This document shows, in pieces, positions 37,451-46,844 of a stretch of 64,000 bases of DNA (its first letter is position 1; every line of letters begins with the position of its first letter). This stretch comes from Acidimicrobiia bacterium (GTDB lineage: Bacteria > Actinomycetota > Acidimicrobiia > Acidimicrobiales > JANYDT01). The notes below the pieces were generated by a model. It did no database searches, was not told the DNA's origin, and worked only from the letters and a program-made list of their open reading frames with translations. The stretch lies in contig JANOYY010000037.1 in assembly GCA_031429095.1 (NCBI GenBank), positions 4,883-68,882 on the forward strand, given 5' to 3'. The translations under genes were made by a program, and so were the position numbers.

Positions 37451-38593
37451 GTGTCGACCGTCGCCGAAGAGTTCCGATCATCATTTCCGATCTTCGAACA
37501 TCGGGTGTATCTGAACTCCTGTTCCCAAGGTGCGCTGTCGCATCAGGTGCGTGGCGCCTACGAAACGTTCCTTGATGGTTGGGAACGCGAAGGTGCACAG
37601 TGGAATGCGTGGACGGAGCGCAACGAACTTGTTCGCGCCGGCTGGGCGGACCTGGTGAACGCATCTCCCGACAGCGTGGCGGTGACCACTTCAGTATCGG
37701 CTGGCCTCTCCGCATTCCTTTCGAGCCTGCAGTTCAAGCCCGAACGCAATCGGATCGTGATAACGGACTTCGAATTTCCGACGTCGGGCCAGAACGCGTT
37801 CGCGCAGGAGGCGCGTGGTGCGGAGGTCGTGGTGGTGCCCGCGCGCAACGCAACGGTAGAGATCGATGACATCGCGGCGGCCGTCGACGAACGTACTGCC
37901 CTCGTGATGATGACCCATGTGTGTTATCGCAACGGAAGTCGTCTTGACCCGAAAGCGGTCGCCGCAATCGCTCATGCCAAGGGCGCCCTCGTCGCCGTCG
38001 ACGCCTACCAGGCAATGGGTTCGGTTCCGATCGACGTGATCGACCTTGACGTCGACGTCCTGGTCGCCGGGGCGCTGAAGTACCTTCTCGGATCGGCGGG
38101 CCTCGGTTTCATGTACGTCCGGCCTTCCTTGCTTGGTGGTCATACCCCGACGTCGACAGGATGGTTCGCTGACTCCGACATCTTTGCAATGGATCATCGG
38201 CGCTACTCCCCGTCACCCACGGCGCGTCGATTCGAGTCAGGGACGCCGCCGGTACCGAACCTGTTCGCAGGGCTCGCTGGAATCAACCTGGTGCGCAGCG
38301 TCGGCGTCGACGTCATCGAAGCACACGTCCAGGACCTCGTCGATCGATTCCGGGCTGGCCTCGAAGAACTTGGCGCAACCATCGTCACGCCCGAGGCCCG
38401 GCCACAGCGGGGGGCGATGATCGCAGTTGCGTCGACCGATGAGAACGCATTGGTCGCCAAACTCGATGCCGCCGGCTTCGCAGTGTCGTGCCGTGATGGA
38501 AACCTGCGGCTCTCGCTGCATCTCTACAACTCCGTCGATGACGTCGACGCTTGCCTGCGTGAGATCCGTTACCACCGCAGCCTCCTGACCTGA
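37451..38593 (+). CDS. Aminotransferase class V-fold PLP-dependent enzyme
   Basis: YLNSCSQGAL, DAYQAMG, ALKYLLGSAG (PLP-Lys region), RLSLHLYN. Confidence 0.8.
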   Translation: MSTVAEEFRSSFPIFEHRVYLNSCSQGALSHQVRGAYETFLDGWEREGAQWNAWTERNELVRAGWADLVNASPDSVAVTTSVSAGLSAFLSSLQFKPERNRIVITDFEFPTSGQNAFAQEARGAEVVVVPARNATVEIDDIAAAVDERTALVMMTHVCYRNGSRLDPKAVAAIAHAKGALVAVDAYQAMGSVPIDVIDLDVDVLVAGALKYLLGSAGLGFMYVRPSLLGGHTPTSTGWFADSDIFAMDHRRYSPSPTARRFESGTPPVPNLFAGLAGINLVRSVGVDVIEAHVQDLVDRFRAGLEELGATIVTPEARPQRGAMIAVASTDENALVAKLDAAGFAVSCRDGNLRLSLHLYNSVDDVDACLREIRYHRSLLT

Positions 38594-38677
38594 CTTTCGG
38601 CCGCTCACTGCCTTTACCTGATAACTTTCGCCCGTTCCGGCAGCGGAATCGGCTGCCCGACTGAACAGGGGAAGAAT

Positions 38678-39952
38678 ATGCGTAAACGACTACTCATTGC
38701 ACCACTCGTGGTGATCGCGTTATCAGCGACTGCCTGCTCGAAGAGCGACAGCAACGATACGACTGCGGCGACCGAGGTGCCAGGATCGGAAGCTGGCGCC
38801 ACCGAAGCAGCGGCGACTGAGGCCGCGGCTACCGAGGCGGCTGCGGACACCGAAGCAGTAGCCAGCGAGGCCGCTGGTGACACGGCGGCCATGGCTGCTG
38901 GTTCAGGAAAGGACTGCGCCGCCGCGATCGGATTCATGGGTCCGTTCACCGGCGATGCAGCGTCGATCGGCCAAGAGCAGTTGAACTGGGGCAAGTTGGG
39001 CCTCGAAGACTTCAACAAGGCGAACGGCACAAAGTTCACCTTTGTCGAGACCGACACCCAACTTGACCCGGCCCAGGCCACCACGGGTGGACAGAAGCTG
39101 GTGTCCGACGCCAGCGTTGTTGGCGTCCTCGGACCAGCGGGTTCACAGGAAGTTGAAGCAATCGGGCCGGCGCTGACCGAAGCAAAGCTGGTGTTCGTAT
39201 CGCCGTCGGCGACTCGCACGAGTCTGACGCTAGAAGGCAAGTTCACGACGTTCGCCCGTGTCGTCCCGAACGATGATGCGCAGGGTCCCACGATCGCGAA
39301 CTTTGCAAAAGACGTCGTCGGAGCGAAGAAGGTGTTGATCGTCGACGATCAGACCTCGTACTCGACCGGCCTTGCCGATTCGGTCACCAAGGCACTTGAG
39401 TCAGGCGGTGTATCGGTCGTTCGCGAGTCGATCGCACAGAAGTCCACCGACTTCTCGTCGCTCGTCGCAAAAGTTACCGATGACACGGGAGCCGTCATCC
39501 TCCCGTGGCAGCTTGCCGCGAATGCTCAGCAGTTCGGAACCCAGCTCGCCGAGCAGGGCAAGAAGGCTGCGGTCATCGGCAGCGATGGCGTGTACTCACC
39601 GAAGGACTTCTCACTTGAGGGGGCCTACGTTACGTCGTTCGCCCCTGACGTCCGCGGCGTTGCTGCCGCCGCACCGGTTGTCGAGGCCTACAAAGCAGCC
39701 CATGACGACAGCTTCGGTACCTTCGGTCCCCCGGTCTATGTCGGTGCTCAGCTGATCGCAACCGGTATCGCCGCAACCTGCAAGGACGGCAAGCCCGGCA
39801 CACGTGAAGAGGTAACGGCAGCCGTGAAGGCCGCCAAGCTCGAGAACACGATCCTCGGCGGTCCAGTTGCGCTCGACGCAGCCGGTGATGTGGTTGGAGC
39901 GAAGTTCTACATGTCGAAGATCACGGGCGGCAAGTACGCCCTTGTACCCTGA
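38678..39952 (+). CDS. livJ: Branched-chain amino acid ABC transporter substrate-binding lipoprotein
   Basis: Lipobox LSATAC, a low-complexity ATEAA-repeat linker, then a type I periplasmic-binding fold (IGFMGPFTGDAASIG). Confidence 0.82.
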   Translation: MRKRLLIAPLVVIALSATACSKSDSNDTTAATEVPGSEAGATEAAATEAAATEAAADTEAVASEAAGDTAAMAAGSGKDCAAAIGFMGPFTGDAASIGQEQLNWGKLGLEDFNKANGTKFTFVETDTQLDPAQATTGGQKLVSDASVVGVLGPAGSQEVEAIGPALTEAKLVFVSPSATRTSLTLEGKFTTFARVVPNDDAQGPTIANFAKDVVGAKKVLIVDDQTSYSTGLADSVTKALESGGVSVVRESIAQKSTDFSSLVAKVTDDTGAVILPWQLAANAQQFGTQLAEQGKKAAVIGSDGVYSPKDFSLEGAYVTSFAPDVRGVAAAAPVVEAYKAAHDDSFGTFGPPVYVGAQLIATGIAATCKDGKPGTREEVTAAVKAAKLENTILGGPVALDAAGDVVGAKFYMSKITGGKYALVP

Positions 39953-39998
39953 TCTGAATTGATCTGAGCACGTACTACTCCTCGCACGCGTCGGACTG

Positions 39999-40919
39999 TT
40001 GATGGGCCAATTCGTTCAGTTGGTCGTCAACGGTCTGACGCTGGGGAGTTTGTACGCGCTCATTGCATTGGGGTACTCGCTTGTATACGGAGTGCTCAAG
40101 CTATTGAACTTCGCCCACGGTGAGGTGTACATGATCGGGTCTTTCATTGGTTACGCGATGTTGCAGATTCTCGGTGGCGCGAAAGATCCAGTGTTGCCGA
40201 TCGGGATTCTGCTTCCGGTCCTGTTGATCGTGGCCGCGTTGGGTGCTGGTCTCGTCGGAGTCGCGGTCGAGCGGTTTGCGTACCGTCCACTTCGCACGGC
40301 CCCACGTATTGCGCCCCTGGTGTCGGCACTCGGAACCTCGATATTCCTCCAGGCTGCGGTGTTGCTTGTCGTAGGTGCACGTATCGTTCGCTACGAAAGC
40401 GAACGCCTTGTCGACATTCGCAGCGGGATACATGTCGGCGTCCTCAATGTCAGCGTGATGCGTCTGTTTGTGATCGGCGTGAGCGCCGTTGTGATGATTG
40501 GGCTGTCGATCTTCACCCGTCGCAGCAAGCTGGGGAAGGCCATGCGGGCAGTGTCCTACGACGCTGAAGCTGCGCAGATGATGGGCATGGATGTGAACCG
40601 GGTCGTTATGGTGACGTTCTTCATCGGTTCCGCCCTTGCCGGAATCGGTGGCGTGATGAGTGGCCTGGTCTACAACCGGGTGTTTCACACCATGGGTTTC
40701 GTCGCTGGTCTCAAAGGGTTTACCGCCTCCGTCGTCGGCGGCATCGGGTCCGTGCAAGGAGCAATGGCCGGGGGCCTCATCATCGGATTCGCGGAGAGTT
40801 TCGCCCAGGGCTACGTGTCGACCACGTTCTACGACGTTGTGGTCTTCGTCGTGCTCATCGCGTTCTTGTTGATTCGCCCCCGCGGTTTGTTCGGTGTTCA
40901 GGAATTGAAGAAGGTCTGA
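39999..40919 (+). CDS. livH: Branched-chain amino acid ABC transporter permease
   Basis: QLVVNGLTLGSLYALIALGYSLVYG and GGIGSVQGAMAGGL motifs. Confidence 0.88.
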   Translation: MMGQFVQLVVNGLTLGSLYALIALGYSLVYGVLKLLNFAHGEVYMIGSFIGYAMLQILGGAKDPVLPIGILLPVLLIVAALGAGLVGVAVERFAYRPLRTAPRIAPLVSALGTSIFLQAAVLLVVGARIVRYESERLVDIRSGIHVGVLNVSVMRLFVIGVSAVVMIGLSIFTRRSKLGKAMRAVSYDAEAAQMMGMDVNRVVMVTFFIGSALAGIGGVMSGLVYNRVFHTMGFVAGLKGFTASVVGGIGSVQGAMAGGLIIGFAESFAQGYVSTTFYDVVVFVVLIAFLLIRPRGLFGVQELKKV

Positions 40920-42397
40920 TGACGGACGAACTCACACCCGCCCATGAGCCCAGCGACGTGCCCCGCAGCCGATCGATCGGAAAAGACGAGTGGGTCGAGC
41001 AGTCAGCCGGTCGACGACAAGAGTCCCCCGCAGCCAGACTTCGTCGGCGCGTCCGTGAGATTCCCGTGCACTTGCGAGTACTCGGTGGGGGCGTCGTTGC
41101 GCTGTTGTTCGCGCTCGTTTCACCGACCGATTACACCACGCGTGTCGCCTTCACCGTCGCCCTGTACACACTCCTGGCCACGGGTCTCAACCTGGTGGTC
41201 GGCTGGGCCGGCCTTCTCGATCTCGGTTATGCCGCGTTCTTCGGTTTCGGGGCCTATGCCTACGCCCTTCTGTCTTCCGACAAGTTCGATCTTCACTGGC
41301 CCACGTTGGTCTCGGTACCAGTCGTCGTGTTGGGAACTGCCCTGCTCGGCCTGGTGCTCGGTCTCCCGTCTCGACGACTGAGCGGGGATTACCTCGCAAT
41401 CGTGACCCTGTTCTTCGGCCAGATCTTTGTGAGCCTCGTCAACAACGGGGATCGACTTCAGATAAAGCTCGGAGGCGCGAACCTACCCCGCAAACCGTGG
41501 AACATTACGGGCGGTCCGAACGGGGTGACGGGGATCGATCCGCTCTCGGTTCTCGGATACTCGGCCCGAACGATCACCTCGTACTACGTGATTGCCGTGT
41601 CGCTTGCCGTGGTTGTAATGCTGTTGTTCTATCGACTGCGACAGTCGCGTTCAGGTCTTGCGCTTCGATCCATGCGAGAGGATGCCCTCGCCGCGGAGAT
41701 CCTGTCCGTGCCGGTGCGTCGCCTTCGTCTGCTTGCGTTTGCCGTCGGTGCGAGTGTCGCCGGACTGGCCGGCGTGGTGTTTGCTGCTGTCCAACTCTCG
41801 GTGTTCGGAAGCAACTTCGATCTTCCGTTTCTGATTCTGATGTACGTCGCCGCAATTCTCGGTGGCCTCGGGAACATAGGGGGCGGGTTTGCCGGTGCAT
41901 TCATCGTCGCAGTACTTCCCGAAATGCTTCGCACTCCCTCCACCGGTCGCCTTCTTGTTTACGGTGCCCTGGCCCTCTACGTCGTCTTGCGTCTCCGCCG
42001 TTCTGCTCCGTTCCTGCAATTCACAGGTGCACTTATCGTCTCCGGTGCGATCGTGCAGCTTGCGCTCAAGTTGTTCGATACCGCCCTTCGGCCGAGGAGT
42101 TCTGGCCTCGCCGGAATCACAGGGTCGCTTGTGCCTCATCTGCAAAACAGCACCCGTTTCGGCAACGCCGCCTTTTTGACAGTCATCGCGACAGGCCTCG
42201 CACTGACGACTGTGGCGAAGAAGTGGCGTCCGATGGGAGCGGGTGTGGTGGCCTACACCGGAATGCTCGCATGGGAAAACCGCCTGGCCGAACAAGCCTC
42301 CATTACCCGTCAGTTGCTCGTGGGGGCAGCACTTGTCGCAATCATGGCAAGTCGGCCACAGGGGATCTTCGGTACCAAACGCGTTGAGGTGCTCTGA
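40919..42397 (+). CDS. livM: Branched-chain amino acid ABC transporter permease with extended N-terminus
   Basis: LNLVVGWAGLLDLGYAAFFGFGAY and GGLGNIGGGFAG. ATGA-type junctions with both neighbours. Confidence 0.85.
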   Translation: MTDELTPAHEPSDVPRSRSIGKDEWVEQSAGRRQESPAARLRRRVREIPVHLRVLGGGVVALLFALVSPTDYTTRVAFTVALYTLLATGLNLVVGWAGLLDLGYAAFFGFGAYAYALLSSDKFDLHWPTLVSVPVVVLGTALLGLVLGLPSRRLSGDYLAIVTLFFGQIFVSLVNNGDRLQIKLGGANLPRKPWNITGGPNGVTGIDPLSVLGYSARTITSYYVIAVSLAVVVMLLFYRLRQSRSGLALRSMREDALAAEILSVPVRRLRLLAFAVGASVAGLAGVVFAAVQLSVFGSNFDLPFLILMYVAAILGGLGNIGGGFAGAFIVAVLPEMLRTPSTGRLLVYGALALYVVLRLRRSAPFLQFTGALIVSGAIVQLALKLFDTALRPRSSGLAGITGSLVPHLQNSTRFGNAAFLTVIATGLALTTVAKKWRPMGAGVVAYTGMLAWENRLAEQASITRQLLVGAALVAIMASRPQGIFGTKRVEVL

Positions 42398-43182
42398 TGG
42401 CGCTTCTCGATATTTCCGATGTCAGTTTGAGCTTCGGCGGATTGCAAGTGCTCAATTCCCTCAACCTGAGCGTCGACGAACACGAAATTGTTGCGGTGAT
42501 CGGACCCAACGGTGCCGGAAAGACCACCCTCTTCAACATGATCACCGGCGTATACCGGCCCGATCACGGCGACGTTCGATTCGACGGCTCGAGTCTGGTC
42601 GGGCTCGACCCGAACCGCATCAACGATTTGGGAATCGCCCGGACGTTCCAGAATTTGCGTTTGTTCCTGAACATGACGGTGAAGGAAAACGTATTGGCCA
42701 CGATGTACGGACGCAATCGTTCGGGCATGCTCGCCGGTGCGCTCGGGCTGCCCCGGGCGCGTCGGGAAGAACGAGCAATGCACGCTCATGCCGAGGAGCT
42801 GTTGGCCTTCTTCGGAACGCGCTTGCAGGGGTATCGCTTCGATCAGCCGGCGTACTCGCTGTCCTACGCCAATCGGCGTCGTCTGGAAATTGCTCGGGCG
42901 CTGGCGACCCGTCCGCGGCTCCTTCTCGTCGATGAGCCGGCCGCCGGAATGAATCCGACGGAAACACATGAGATCACCGAGCTCATCGGACGCCTTCGCA
43001 AGGAACTCGGACTCACGATCTTGATCATCGAACACGACATGCACGTTGTCGAAGGGGTGAGCGATCGAGTCGTTGCGCTCGACCATGGCACCAAGATTGC
43101 CGAGGGCAGTTTTGAACATGTGGCCATGGACTCGGCGGTCGTCGAGGCCTACCTCGGCAAGGGTGCGGCGATTACGAAATGA
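42397..43182 (+). CDS. livG: Branched-chain amino acid ABC transporter ATP-binding protein
   Basis: GPNGAGKTTLFN, RTFQNLRLF, LLLVDEPAAGMN. Confidence 0.88.
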   Translation: MALLDISDVSLSFGGLQVLNSLNLSVDEHEIVAVIGPNGAGKTTLFNMITGVYRPDHGDVRFDGSSLVGLDPNRINDLGIARTFQNLRLFLNMTVKENVLATMYGRNRSGMLAGALGLPRARREERAMHAHAEELLAFFGTRLQGYRFDQPAYSLSYANRRRLEIARALATRPRLLLVDEPAAGMNPTETHEITELIGRLRKELGLTILIIEHDMHVVEGVSDRVVALDHGTKIAEGSFEHVAMDSAVVEAYLGKGAAITK

Positions 43183-43892
43183 GCATGGAACCGCTGCTGC
43201 GGCTGTCGGGGATCAACACCTTCTACGGTCCAATCCATATTCTCCAAGACGTGGCACTCGACGTCGGTCCCTGCGAGTTGGTCTGTCTCCTCGGTGGAAA
43301 TGCCTGTGGCAAGTCGACGACGCTGAAGACGATCTTGGGGCTCGTGCCCGCGTCGAGCGGCACGGTGATGTTCGATGGCCGCGACGTGACCCGAGACGCC
43401 ACGCCCAAGCGGATCGCCGCTGGCATGGCTGTCGTGCCGGAGAACCGTAGAGTGTTTGCGCCGATGACGGTGCTCGAGAACCTCGAGATGGGCGCCTATC
43501 TCCGCACGGATGACCTTACCGACGACTTTATGCGCGCATACGACCTGTTCCCGTTGCTGTACGAGCGTCGGAATCAGCTGGCGGGGACATTGTCGGGAGG
43601 GGAGCAGCAGATGCTGGCCATGGGCCGGGCCCTCATGAGTCGCCCCAAACTGATTCTCATGGACGAGCCCTCCATGGGGCTGGCCCCGGTGCTGGTGGAG
43701 AAAAGCTTTCAAATCATCGAGCAGGTTAATCAGTCGGGTGTCGCCATGCTGATCGTCGAGCAGAACGCGAACCAGGCCCTCTCGATTGCGTCACGCGGCT
43801 TTGTCCTACAGACGGGACGTGTCGTCCTCGCTGGTACCGCTGGAGAGCTGGCCGCCGACGAGGAGCTTCGTCGGGCCTACCTCGGCCGCTGA
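43179..43892 (+). CDS. livF: Branched-chain amino acid ABC transporter ATP-binding protein
   Basis: LSGGEQQMLAMGRALM, LILMDEPSMGLAP, VEQNANQAL. Confidence 0.88.
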   Translation: MSMEPLLRLSGINTFYGPIHILQDVALDVGPCELVCLLGGNACGKSTTLKTILGLVPASSGTVMFDGRDVTRDATPKRIAAGMAVVPENRRVFAPMTVLENLEMGAYLRTDDLTDDFMRAYDLFPLLYERRNQLAGTLSGGEQQMLAMGRALMSRPKLILMDEPSMGLAPVLVEKSFQIIEQVNQSGVAMLIVEQNANQALSIASRGFVLQTGRVVLAGTAGELAADEELRRAYLGR

Positions 43893-43893
43893 G

Positions 43894-43931
43894 CTCGTCT
43901 TCGCCGTCTTCGTCTTCGCCGTCTTCGTCGT
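43894..43931. repeat. Second copy, in inverted orientation, of the 9-nt repeat family (CTTCGYCGT = reverse complement of ACGRCGAAG)
   Basis: ctcgt cttcgccgt cttcgt cttcgccgt cttcgtcgt. On the minus strand it begins cacgacgaagacg, as the 2876 copy does on the + strand. Lies between the livF stop and the hisS start. Confidence 0.8.
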
Positions 43932-43954
43932 GAATTGCGGCCACTGCCGCCGCT

Positions 43955-45319
43955 GTGCCCGATAGCCTGGCTACCCTCATGGCACGACTGATCGAACCCC
44001 GCACCCTCAAGGGCTTCCGCGACTATCTCCCGGCACTGGCCATTCCCCGAGAACGACTGGTCGACGCCGCCAGGCAAGTGTTTCGTTCCTACGGCTTTGC
44101 CCCAATCGATACGCCCGCCCTCGAACTCACTGAGGTCCTCCTGGCGAAGGTCGACGACGGCGCCGAGGTCCGCAAACAGTTGTATCGCTTCACCGACGCA
44201 GGCGGACGCGACGTTGCCCTGCGTTTCGACCTGACCGTGCCCCTTGCTCGCTTCGTAAGTCAACATGTGAACGAACTCGGCACACCTTTTCGTCGGTATC
44301 ATGTCGGCCCGGTTTGGCGAGGCGAGAACACGCAGGCCGGTCGCTACCGCGAGTTCATGCAGTGCGACTTCGACACAATTGGGTCGACTGATAACGCGGC
44401 CGACGTCGAGATTGCGCTCGTGATCTGTGACCTGTTGCGCGCACTGGGGTTCGAGAGGTTCGAAGTTCGCGTCAACAACCGGCAAGTGCTCAACGGTCTT
44501 CTTGCGGAGATCGGCCTCCCTGTCGACGCAGCCACCGCTGTGTTGCGCGCTCTCGACAAGCTTCTCAAGATCGGTGCCGACGCCGTGCGCGACGAGATGA
44601 TCCGCGAGGCTGGCGCGACCACGGAGCAGGCCGACTCGGTGATCGCGCTCGCGCAGACATCTGGTACGAACGCCGAGGTGCTCGACGCGCTCGGGCAGCG
44701 ATTCGCCGGTAACGATCCGGCGCTCGAGGGCGTCCGAAACCTTCGCCAGCTTGTCGACACCGCGACGAAGGCTGGCATACCGGATGGCCAAATCAAAGTG
44801 GACTTATCAATCTGTCGCGGTCTCGACTACTACACAGGCACGGTGTATGAAACGTTTCTCACCGACCTCCCTGGGATCGGGAGCATTTGTTCCGGTGGGC
44901 GTTATGACGACCTCACGGGACGTTACACCAAACAGTCATTACCGGGTGTCGGTGCGTCGTTGGGCCTCGACCGTTTGCTTGCGGCCATGGAACAGCTGCA
45001 CCTTCTGGACCAATCGGTAGCCACCGCAGCTCCGGTCCTGATCACTCGCCTGGAAGGCGATCGTCTTGGCGACTACCAGCGGGTGGCGCGTGAACTCCGT
45101 GCCGTTGGAATCGGCGTCGACGTTTTCCCCGACACCAAGAAGCTCGGCCAGCAACTCGCCTATGCGGAGCGAAAAGGTTTTGCACTCGCGTTGATCGCGG
45201 GGAGCGACGAGTTCGCAAGCGACATGTGGAAGGTCAAGCTGCTTGCGAAACGTGAGGAGCGCACGGTGCGGTCTGGCGACCTCATCGCTGCGATCCAAGA
45301 AATCCTCGCCGAGGATTAG
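43955..45319 (+). CDS. hisS: Histidine--tRNA ligase (archaeal/eukaryotic-like subtype)
   Basis: KGFRDYLP, RYHVGPVWRGENTQAGRYREFMQCDFDTIG, GGRYDDL and a C-terminal anticodon-binding domain. ATG 43979 (MARLIEP...) is an alternative start. Confidence 0.92.
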   Translation: MPDSLATLMARLIEPRTLKGFRDYLPALAIPRERLVDAARQVFRSYGFAPIDTPALELTEVLLAKVDDGAEVRKQLYRFTDAGGRDVALRFDLTVPLARFVSQHVNELGTPFRRYHVGPVWRGENTQAGRYREFMQCDFDTIGSTDNAADVEIALVICDLLRALGFERFEVRVNNRQVLNGLLAEIGLPVDAATAVLRALDKLLKIGADAVRDEMIREAGATTEQADSVIALAQTSGTNAEVLDALGQRFAGNDPALEGVRNLRQLVDTATKAGIPDGQIKVDLSICRGLDYYTGTVYETFLTDLPGIGSICSGGRYDDLTGRYTKQSLPGVGASLGLDRLLAAMEQLHLLDQSVATAAPVLITRLEGDRLGDYQRVARELRAVGIGVDVFPDTKKLGQQLAYAERKGFALALIAGSDEFASDMWKVKLLAKREERTVRSGDLIAAIQEILAED

Positions 45320-45353
45320 GGACCGCGAAGGCGTGTTGGCCTAGTTTGAGGGC

Positions 45354-46772
45354 GTGAATCCTCGGTCGACGACGAGCCAGTACCGGCTGGGCGTCGTCGT
45401 GGCGATGCTGGCGATGGCATCGCTTCCCCTGGGGGTTACCGGCGCAAACCTTGCGTTCCCGGCGTTGGAGGCTGAATTTGCCAACACGGCCCGAGAAACT
45501 CTTTCCTGGGCCCTCTCGGGTTACTCGATTGTTCTTGCCGCGTTCACCCTTCTCGGTGGGCAGCTGTCCGATCGGCTCGGATCGTTCCGAATGTTTACTC
45601 TCGGTATCGGCACCTACGGGGTGTTCAACATCGCCGCGGCGCTTGCTCCCTCCGCAGAGTTGCTCATCGCCGCCCGGGTTCTCCAGGGGGCCGGGGGAGC
45701 GTTGATAGTACCGTCGTCGCTGGCAATTGCGCTCGCCCGTAGTCCGGCGGAAAAACGCACATTCACCATTGGCGTGTGGACGGCGTCGTTTCCGATTGGG
45801 TCTTCGTTCGCGCCGGTTGTCGCGTCGCTGTTGCTCGACTGGTCGGGTTGGCGTGCCATCTACTGGGCGATCAGTGTGGTGTGTCTGAGCGCCCTCGGGC
45901 TGGCCTGGAGTTTGGGAAATCACACGTCTGGGTCGGGGTCGGTGGCGGTCGCCAGCGCAGGCCCGTCGGGACTTCCCGATTTCTTGGGGATCGCCGTTGG
46001 AACTATGGCGGTTGGGTTTCTGGCCCTCGGAATTGTTCAGGGTCGAAACTGGGGATGGACGTCGAGGTCGACGCTGGCCGCCCTCGGTGTCGCAGCGCTG
46101 CTGCTGCCGTTGTTTGTCGAGCGATCTCGACGCCACGACAACCCGCTCATCGAGCTTGACCTGTTCCGGATCCGATCGTTTCGAATCGCCAACATCGCGA
46201 ACGTCTTGGTTGCGATCGTGGGCACATCGACATGGTTGCTTTGGCCCCTTTTCATGCACAACGTGTGGAACTACAGCAACTTACGAATTGGTCTTGCGAT
46301 GACGCCGACTCCGGCGCTGGGTGGGATTGGTTCGATCCTGGCCGCACGGTATGCGGCGACCAACGGTCATCGACGTTTGCTCGTGGTCGGCTCTGCGTTC
46401 TTCACGTTGGCGTGCGCGCTGTTTGCGCTCCTTCCCACGGTCACGCCAAACTACTGGTCGGGCATGTTCCCGGGATTTGTCCTGATGGGATTCGGTATGG
46501 GGATGTCTTTTGCCCCGCTCAACGGCGCAGCGCTTGTCGATATACCCACCTCGTCAATTGGTCAGGCGAACGCGGCGTTTTCGACCGGACGCTTCCTCAG
46601 CGGTGCCCTTGGAGTGGCAGCAGTCATCGCCGCATTGAACGGAAAGTCCGCCAACCCCATCGACAACTTCGCTCGTGCGTTCTGGCTCCTCACCTTTGTC
46701 GGTGCGCTGGCGTTTCTTCTGCTGTTCCTCCTGTGGGAAAGTCGCTCACCCGGCCAGGCTCGCCGCAGTTGA
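45354..46772 (+). CDS. MFS transporter, 14-TM DHA2 (EmrB/QacA)-like
   Basis: LGGQLSDRLG motif. About 14 TM segments over 472 aa. Confidence 0.8.
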   Translation: MNPRSTTSQYRLGVVVAMLAMASLPLGVTGANLAFPALEAEFANTARETLSWALSGYSIVLAAFTLLGGQLSDRLGSFRMFTLGIGTYGVFNIAAALAPSAELLIAARVLQGAGGALIVPSSLAIALARSPAEKRTFTIGVWTASFPIGSSFAPVVASLLLDWSGWRAIYWAISVVCLSALGLAWSLGNHTSGSGSVAVASAGPSGLPDFLGIAVGTMAVGFLALGIVQGRNWGWTSRSTLAALGVAALLLPLFVERSRRHDNPLIELDLFRIRSFRIANIANVLVAIVGTSTWLLWPLFMHNVWNYSNLRIGLAMTPTPALGGIGSILAARYAATNGHRRLLVVGSAFFTLACALFALLPTVTPNYWSGMFPGFVLMGFGMGMSFAPLNGAALVDIPTSSIGQANAAFSTGRFLSGALGVAAVIAALNGKSANPIDNFARAFWLLTFVGALAFLLLFLLWESRSPGQARRS

Positions 46773-46844
46773 GGTGTACAAAATCGACACCCGAACGCAG
46801 CGTCGATACAAGACAGGGGACCGGGAGAAGCGTTCACTGAGGAG

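Noticed and set aside
38788-38890. DNA and protein repeat (ATEAA)n near the LivJ N-terminus.
   Set aside because: It is an ordinary low-complexity linker between the lipobox and the binding domain of a lipoprotein, not a separate element.
43930-43965. 11-codon mini-ORF (GTG) MNCGHCRRCAR between the repeat and hisS.
   Set aside because: It is too short, has no Shine-Dalgarno, and overlaps the possible hisS GTG start. There is no supporting evidence.
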